24,790 nucleotides of DNA, taken from assembly GCA_046485285.1 (NCBI GenBank), contig JAWOHE010000034.1:1-24790 (forward strand). Reading direction: 5' to 3'. Position numbers and translations under genes: made by a program. This DNA is from a bacterium. Its GTDB lineage: Bacteria; Hydrothermota; Tepidihabitantia; Tepidihabitantales; Tepidihabitantaceae. Positions 21,234-24,790 of this stretch are shown in pieces (position 1 is the stretch's first letter; the number at the start of each line of letters is the position of its first letter). The notes beneath the pieces were generated by a model. That model was not told the origin of the DNA. It saw nothing but the letters and a program-made list of their open reading frames with translations, and did no database searches.

Positions 21234-21260
21234 ATTCTACCCGACCGGGCGTGAAGTCAA
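21234..21260 (-). promoter_or_regulatory. Candidate promoter for the miaB operon
   Basis: Minus strand TTGACT (21260-21255), 15 bp, TAGAAT (21239-21234), 7 nt, GTG. The spacer is short. Confidence 0.45.
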
Positions 21261-21390
21261 GGAGGTCTCGCGGGTCGCTTTGCCCGGGCGCGGCGTTGCG
21301 CCCCGGCCCCCGCACGCGCGCCCGGGGCTACAGCGGCGACCGTGGCGGGCAGCCGGGCCAGAGTTCGTCGGACGCGGCGAGTCGGAGGCA

Positions 21391-21418
21391 TTGACAGGGG
21401 CGAGAGGGGCGCTATTCT
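21391..21418 (+). promoter_or_regulatory. Sigma70-type promoter for the Kelch-repeat gene
   Basis: TTGACA (21391-21396), 16 bp, TATTCT (21413-21418). Confidence 0.65.
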
Positions 21419-21521
21419 GTTTACCAAGGCTGGCGCTGCTGAGCCAATGCCCAGTTGGCGCCGGCCAAGAGAGGCATCGACCGGGCGGAACCCGGGAGAG
21501 CCACAACGAAAGGAGTCCTAG

Positions 21522-23645
21522 ATGAAAGGCAAGCTCGTGCTGGTGTTCGGCCTCGTCTTCGCCATCGCGGCGCAGGCCGGCGTCTCCGACGCAGTCCCGT
21601 CTTCCGGGGGTGAGGTCGACTCGCCGTTCAGTATCGTCGTCGGCGGTACCGAAGACATCACCTGGGAGGCCAGGACAGCAGCGCCGGCCCCGGCCCGCTA
21701 CTGGAGCCCGGGTACCGGTGTCGTCCGCGACACCATCTACTTCCTCGGCGGCAGGCAGTCAAACGCCGCCTCGGTCCGGACGATATTCGCCTATGACATT
21801 GCAAATGACGTCTGGATTACCAGCGGTCTTCCCAACCTGCTGACGACCCGTCGGGCCGGTGCGGGGGGCCGGATCGGCAACAAGATCTATGTCGCCGGTG
21901 GGCGGGACTCGTCGAGCGTGACGCTCAACACCTGCCAGGAGTTCGACGTCGATACCAAAACCGTGACTGCCAAGGCGAATATGCCCCTAGGGTCCTGGGC
22001 TAACTGCGGCGCAGTCGCCGGCGGCAAGCTCTACGTCATCGGCAGTGAGAACTCGGTCGGCAATACCTACGAGTACGACCCGGCGGCCAACACCTGGGCG
22101 ACCAAGGCCACGCTGGCGCCCGGCCGCGGCTGGGCCGCGGCGGCCGGCGCCGACGGCAAGGTCTATGTCACGGGCGGCTCAAGCACCGGTTCCACCCTCA
22201 GCGACTGTTGGATGTACGACCCGGCGGCCAACACCTGGACCCAGAAGGCAAACATGCCCGGCCCGCGCATCTACCACAACATGGTCTCCTACAACGACGA
22301 GACCATCTACGTCCTCGGCGGCTCGGCCGACGGCGCGGTTGCCGCGGACCGGCTCGTCTACAAGTATGACATCGCGTCCAACACTTGGTCGACCGAGACA
22401 CAGATGATAACCGCGCGCGGGTGGAGCATGCCGAATGTGGTCGGCAACTCGATCTGGATCGCCTACGGCTCGAACTGCACGACGCCGACCTATCTCCTCA
22501 ACAACGAGGAAGGCATCCTTGCGGTGCCTTACGCCACCGATGTCGGCGTGCAGACGATAGTTGCCCCGCCGCCGTCGATGTTCCAGGGAACGGTTGCCCC
22601 GCGGGCCGAGATCAAGAACTTCGGGACCGACCCGCAGAGCGACATCCCGGTCTACTGCCGGATCGACTCGGCCGGGAGCAACGTCTACTCCGAGGACGTG
22701 ACCCATGCCGGCCCGCTCGACCCGGGCGCGACCGCCGAGGTCGTCTTCCCGAACTGGAGCTCGGGCCCGGAGGGCAATGTCTACCAGGTGACGTTCTTCA
22801 CCGACCTGAGCGGCGACGAAAATCCCAACAACGACACGCTGAGCCGGACGACGACGATCAGCGGCGCTCCGCCAGAAGACACGATCCATGTTGACGGACC
22901 GTACAGCAACAACGCGGTCGGGCTGACCGCAGGCGGTACGTTCTACACCGCGGCGCGGCTGACCCCGACGGTCGGCTGCAACGTCATCGCCCTGATCTTC
23001 TACCACCACGACCCGTCCCAGGACCAGTATGCCTTCGTCTGGGGGCAGAACACCTCGAGCAATCCGGGCCCAGTCGTCGAGTCGATACCGTACACCGGTG
23101 CCGACACGATGTGGATCCGCTGCAACCTGGCGGCTCCGTACCACATCAACGCGAACGAGGACGTCTGGGTCGGTCCGCGCTACACCCACGCCGCCGGTCA
23201 GTACCCGGGTGGCGTTGATGCCGGTCCGGCGGCTCCGCAGCGCGGCGGCTTCATCAACTACGATGGCTCCTGGACCGAACTGCGGCTGGTCGGTTTGAAC
23301 TTCAACTGGAACATCCGCGCGATCGTCTGGTACGACGGCGGCGTCGAGGAGCAGGTCCTCGAGCCGGCACGGTTCGAGTTCCTTGGTGCCGCGCCGATGC
23401 CGGTCCGCGACTTCGCCAACATCCGCTACTCGCTGAGCAAGGATGCCCCAGTTAACCTGAGCATCTACAACGCGAGCGGCAGCCGCGTCCGGACGCTGGT
23501 GGACGGGGTTGTCGAGCGCGGCGAGCGGACCGTGTCCTGGGACCGCCAGGACGACGGTGGCCGCCTCGTTGCGAACGGCACCTACTTCTACCGTCTGACC
23601 GTTGATGGCCGGACCGTTTCGGCTAAGTCGGTGGTGCTGAACTAG
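21522..23645 (+). CDS. Secreted Kelch-repeat beta-propeller protein with a CARDB/Ig-like domain and a C-terminal FlgD-Ig / T9SS type A-like sorting domain
   Basis: RBS AAGGAG. Signal peptide MKGKLVLVFGLVFAIAAQA. About six Kelch repeats (IYFLGG, IYVAGG, YDPAANTW), DVGVQTIVAP..IKNFG..DENPNNDTL, tail IRYSL..VNLSIYNASGSRVRTLVDG..WD..D..G..VANGTYFYRL. Confidence 0.9.
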   Translation: MKGKLVLVFGLVFAIAAQAGVSDAVPSSGGEVDSPFSIVVGGTEDITWEARTAAPAPARYWSPGTGVVRDTIYFLGGRQSNAASVRTIFAYDIANDVWITSGLPNLLTTRRAGAGGRIGNKIYVAGGRDSSSVTLNTCQEFDVDTKTVTAKANMPLGSWANCGAVAGGKLYVIGSENSVGNTYEYDPAANTWATKATLAPGRGWAAAAGADGKVYVTGGSSTGSTLSDCWMYDPAANTWTQKANMPGPRIYHNMVSYNDETIYVLGGSADGAVAADRLVYKYDIASNTWSTETQMITARGWSMPNVVGNSIWIAYGSNCTTPTYLLNNEEGILAVPYATDVGVQTIVAPPPSMFQGTVAPRAEIKNFGTDPQSDIPVYCRIDSAGSNVYSEDVTHAGPLDPGATAEVVFPNWSSGPEGNVYQVTFFTDLSGDENPNNDTLSRTTTISGAPPEDTIHVDGPYSNNAVGLTAGGTFYTAARLTPTVGCNVIALIFYHHDPSQDQYAFVWGQNTSSNPGPVVESIPYTGADTMWIRCNLAAPYHINANEDVWVGPRYTHAAGQYPGGVDAGPAAPQRGGFINYDGSWTELRLVGLNFNWNIRAIVWYDGGVEEQVLEPARFEFLGAAPMPVRDFANIRYSLSKDAPVNLSIYNASGSRVRTLVDGVVERGERTVSWDRQDDGGRLVANGTYFYRLTVDGRTVSAKSVVLN

Positions 23646-23667
23646 CGCCTTCGACTTTCGATTTCCT

Positions 23668-23700
23668 GCGGGCCGCCCGGAAGGGCGGCCCGCCTGTCTT
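23668..23700 (+). terminator. Rho-independent terminator-like hairpin
   Basis: Perfect 11-bp stem GCGGGCCGCCC-GGAA-GGGCGGCCCGC (23668-23693) just after the stop, with a weak U-tract CTGTCTT. Confidence 0.7.
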
Positions 23701-24142
23701 GAGGGCAGCCCCGCACGGCCGAGCGCCCTCCCGAGCCGGCTACGGACTGCCCGCCGAAGGCGGCCAGGGCGGCGGCCGCCGGGGGGGGGCGCGACGAAAC
23801 CCGGAAGGGCGGGACGGGCGAGTTCCACGTGGACAGCCGGCGTCGCGGTCGACAAAGCGGACGGGTTCGGTGATGTCCGGCAAACTGGCAACTGTGGGCG
23901 TCCGGGCCGGCCCGGCAAAGCATTTCGGGAGCCGCTACCGGGATGTGCCCCGGGTAACGCCCTCTGGTCGGTTCGGGTCCGGAGATGAGCATTCGGCTGG
24001 TTGTGGCAAGTGCCGGCAATCCGTGCAGTTGGGGCGACCGGACCGGTTCTGCCCCGATGAAGCTGCGGATCCGATGTTAGCCTTCTTCCACTGCGGCATC
24101 CGACAATGGGGGACCCGACGACAGGCGGGTGAGGGCGGGGGT

Positions 24143-24495
24143 GGGCTGTTGAGAAACCCAACTTTGCGCGTCATCGGGCGGACAGAATGCAGGCTGTGGA
24201 CGAGGTCGAGGCCGAGTAGTCGGCGGTAACCGTCCATCAGGCGGTACAGCGCAGCAACAACCGGCCCCAACCGGGGATTTCCGGCCAGCGCCGCAGCCAG
24301 GCGCTTGAGATTGATCACGGCTGCCGTCAGATACGCCTGAATCGCCACGTTCCAGCGCCCGCGCCGCACCGCCCGGGCCAGTCCATGTTGTACCTTTGCT
24401 CCGCCGTGCCGCCTCTCAACCCACCACCGGTGCCGCCGGTACAGTTCCTTCCGGGCTTCGTCCCAACCCCGGCTTCTCGCGCGCCGCGGCCGGGA
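24143..24495 (-). pseudogene. IS1182-like transposase C-terminal remnant with probable right end
   Basis: Frame reads RGWDEARKELYRRHRWWVERRHGGAKVQHGLARAVRRGRWNVAIQAYLTAAVINLKRL...GFLNSP, the DDE_Tnp_1_6-type C-terminal pattern. Candidate terminal IR GGGCTGTTGAGAAA at 24143-24156. The N-terminal part is absent. Confidence 0.8.
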
Positions 24496-24554
24496 GAATC
24501 CACCCCCACCCGCACTCCCGGTGTCACTCCCCCAGTAACTCCCGGAGTAACCTC
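24496..24554. repeat. Second, inverted copy of the 12-bp-unit element, interrupted by IS3
   Basis: 24496-24539 matches the reverse complement of 120-163 at 36 of 44 positions without gaps. Units GTCACTCCCCCA, GTAACTCCCGGA, GTAACCTC... Confidence 0.85.
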
Positions 24555-24790
24555 TGGAGTGTCCCCGGTCTGATGGACAGACGGATTGGTGTCTGTAAGG
24601 TCAGATTGGAGGTAACACGTGAGTACGGAGAAACAGCAGCGCAAGGTCTACACGCGTGAGTTCAAGATCGAAGCGGTCCGACTGACGACCGAGGGCGGCC
24701 TGTCGGTCGCCCAGGCAGCGCGGGATCTGGGTCTCAATGAGAACACGCTGCACAACTGGCGGCGGCAGTTCCGGCAGTGGGGCGCGCCGC
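24555..24790 (+). mobile_element. IS3-family insertion sequence, left end (truncated by window end)
   Basis: IRL-like TGGAGTGTCCCCGGTCTGATGGACA (5'-TG) about 65 bp upstream of an OrfA gene. The exact boundary is inferred. Confidence 0.8.
24619..24790 (+). CDS. IS3-family transposase OrfA (HTH_Tnp_1), partial
   Basis: GGAGG at 24608-24612, GTG start. Reads MSTEKQQRKVYTREFKIEAVRLTTEGGLSVAQAARDLGLNENTLHNWRRQF. Not in the ORF track because it runs off the window end. Confidence 0.92.
   Translation, partial: MSTEKQQRKVYTREFKIEAVRLTTEGGLSVAQAARDLGLNENTLHNWRRQFRQWGAP

Noticed and set aside
22073-22238. Exact 25-bp direct repeat GTACGACCCGGCGGCCAACACCTGG (22073-22097, 22214-22238)
   Set aside because: The 141-bp spacing equals one 47-aa Kelch repeat (YDPAANTW), so the protein repeat explains it.
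23700-24142. Intergenic region with a G9 run (23781-23789) and short Cys-containing ORFs
   Set aside because: No convincing RBS, codon bias or known RNA motif. The G-run is not in a credible gene or promoter, so phase variation is unsupported.
23935-24142. C-terminal extension of the transposase ORF
   Set aside because: Read-through beyond the probable IS end into flanking DNA; not transposase-like.
22179-24161. 660-aa minus-strand ORF
   Set aside because: Antisense to the Kelch gene, crosses the terminator, and is Arg/Pro-rich with no motifs.

Overview
A GC-rich bacterial window, possibly a whole contig because it starts in a repeat and ends in an IS. By inference it comes from a diderm, FCB-related candidate phylum such as WOR-3, given BamA, LapA/LapB and a secreted protein with a FlgD/T9SS-like C-terminal tail. 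About 20 kb is a minus-strand housekeeping cluster: miaB-lapA-lapB-mutS, ugd-UDP-GlcA decarboxylase-Gfo/Idh/MocA-GT2-ftsE-ftsX-envC-holB, a small GIY-YIG-like gene, a YyaL/SPATA20-like gene, and clpC-bamA. A divergent gene encodes a secreted Kelch-repeat protein. The most unusual features are at the two ends. A quasi-palindromic element of 12-bp units (GTWAC-N-CCSGG-A) with a defined G-rich terminus occurs at 1-163 and again, inverted, at 24496-24554. The right copy abuts a truncated IS1182-like transposase and is itself interrupted by an IS3 element. The left copy precedes an apparently leaderless XRE-HTH gene with a candidate operator and a 27-bp in-frame palindromic insert, and a similar hairpin sits in an apparent insert in miaB. 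All calls come from reading the sequence and recalled family motifs; no database searches were run.
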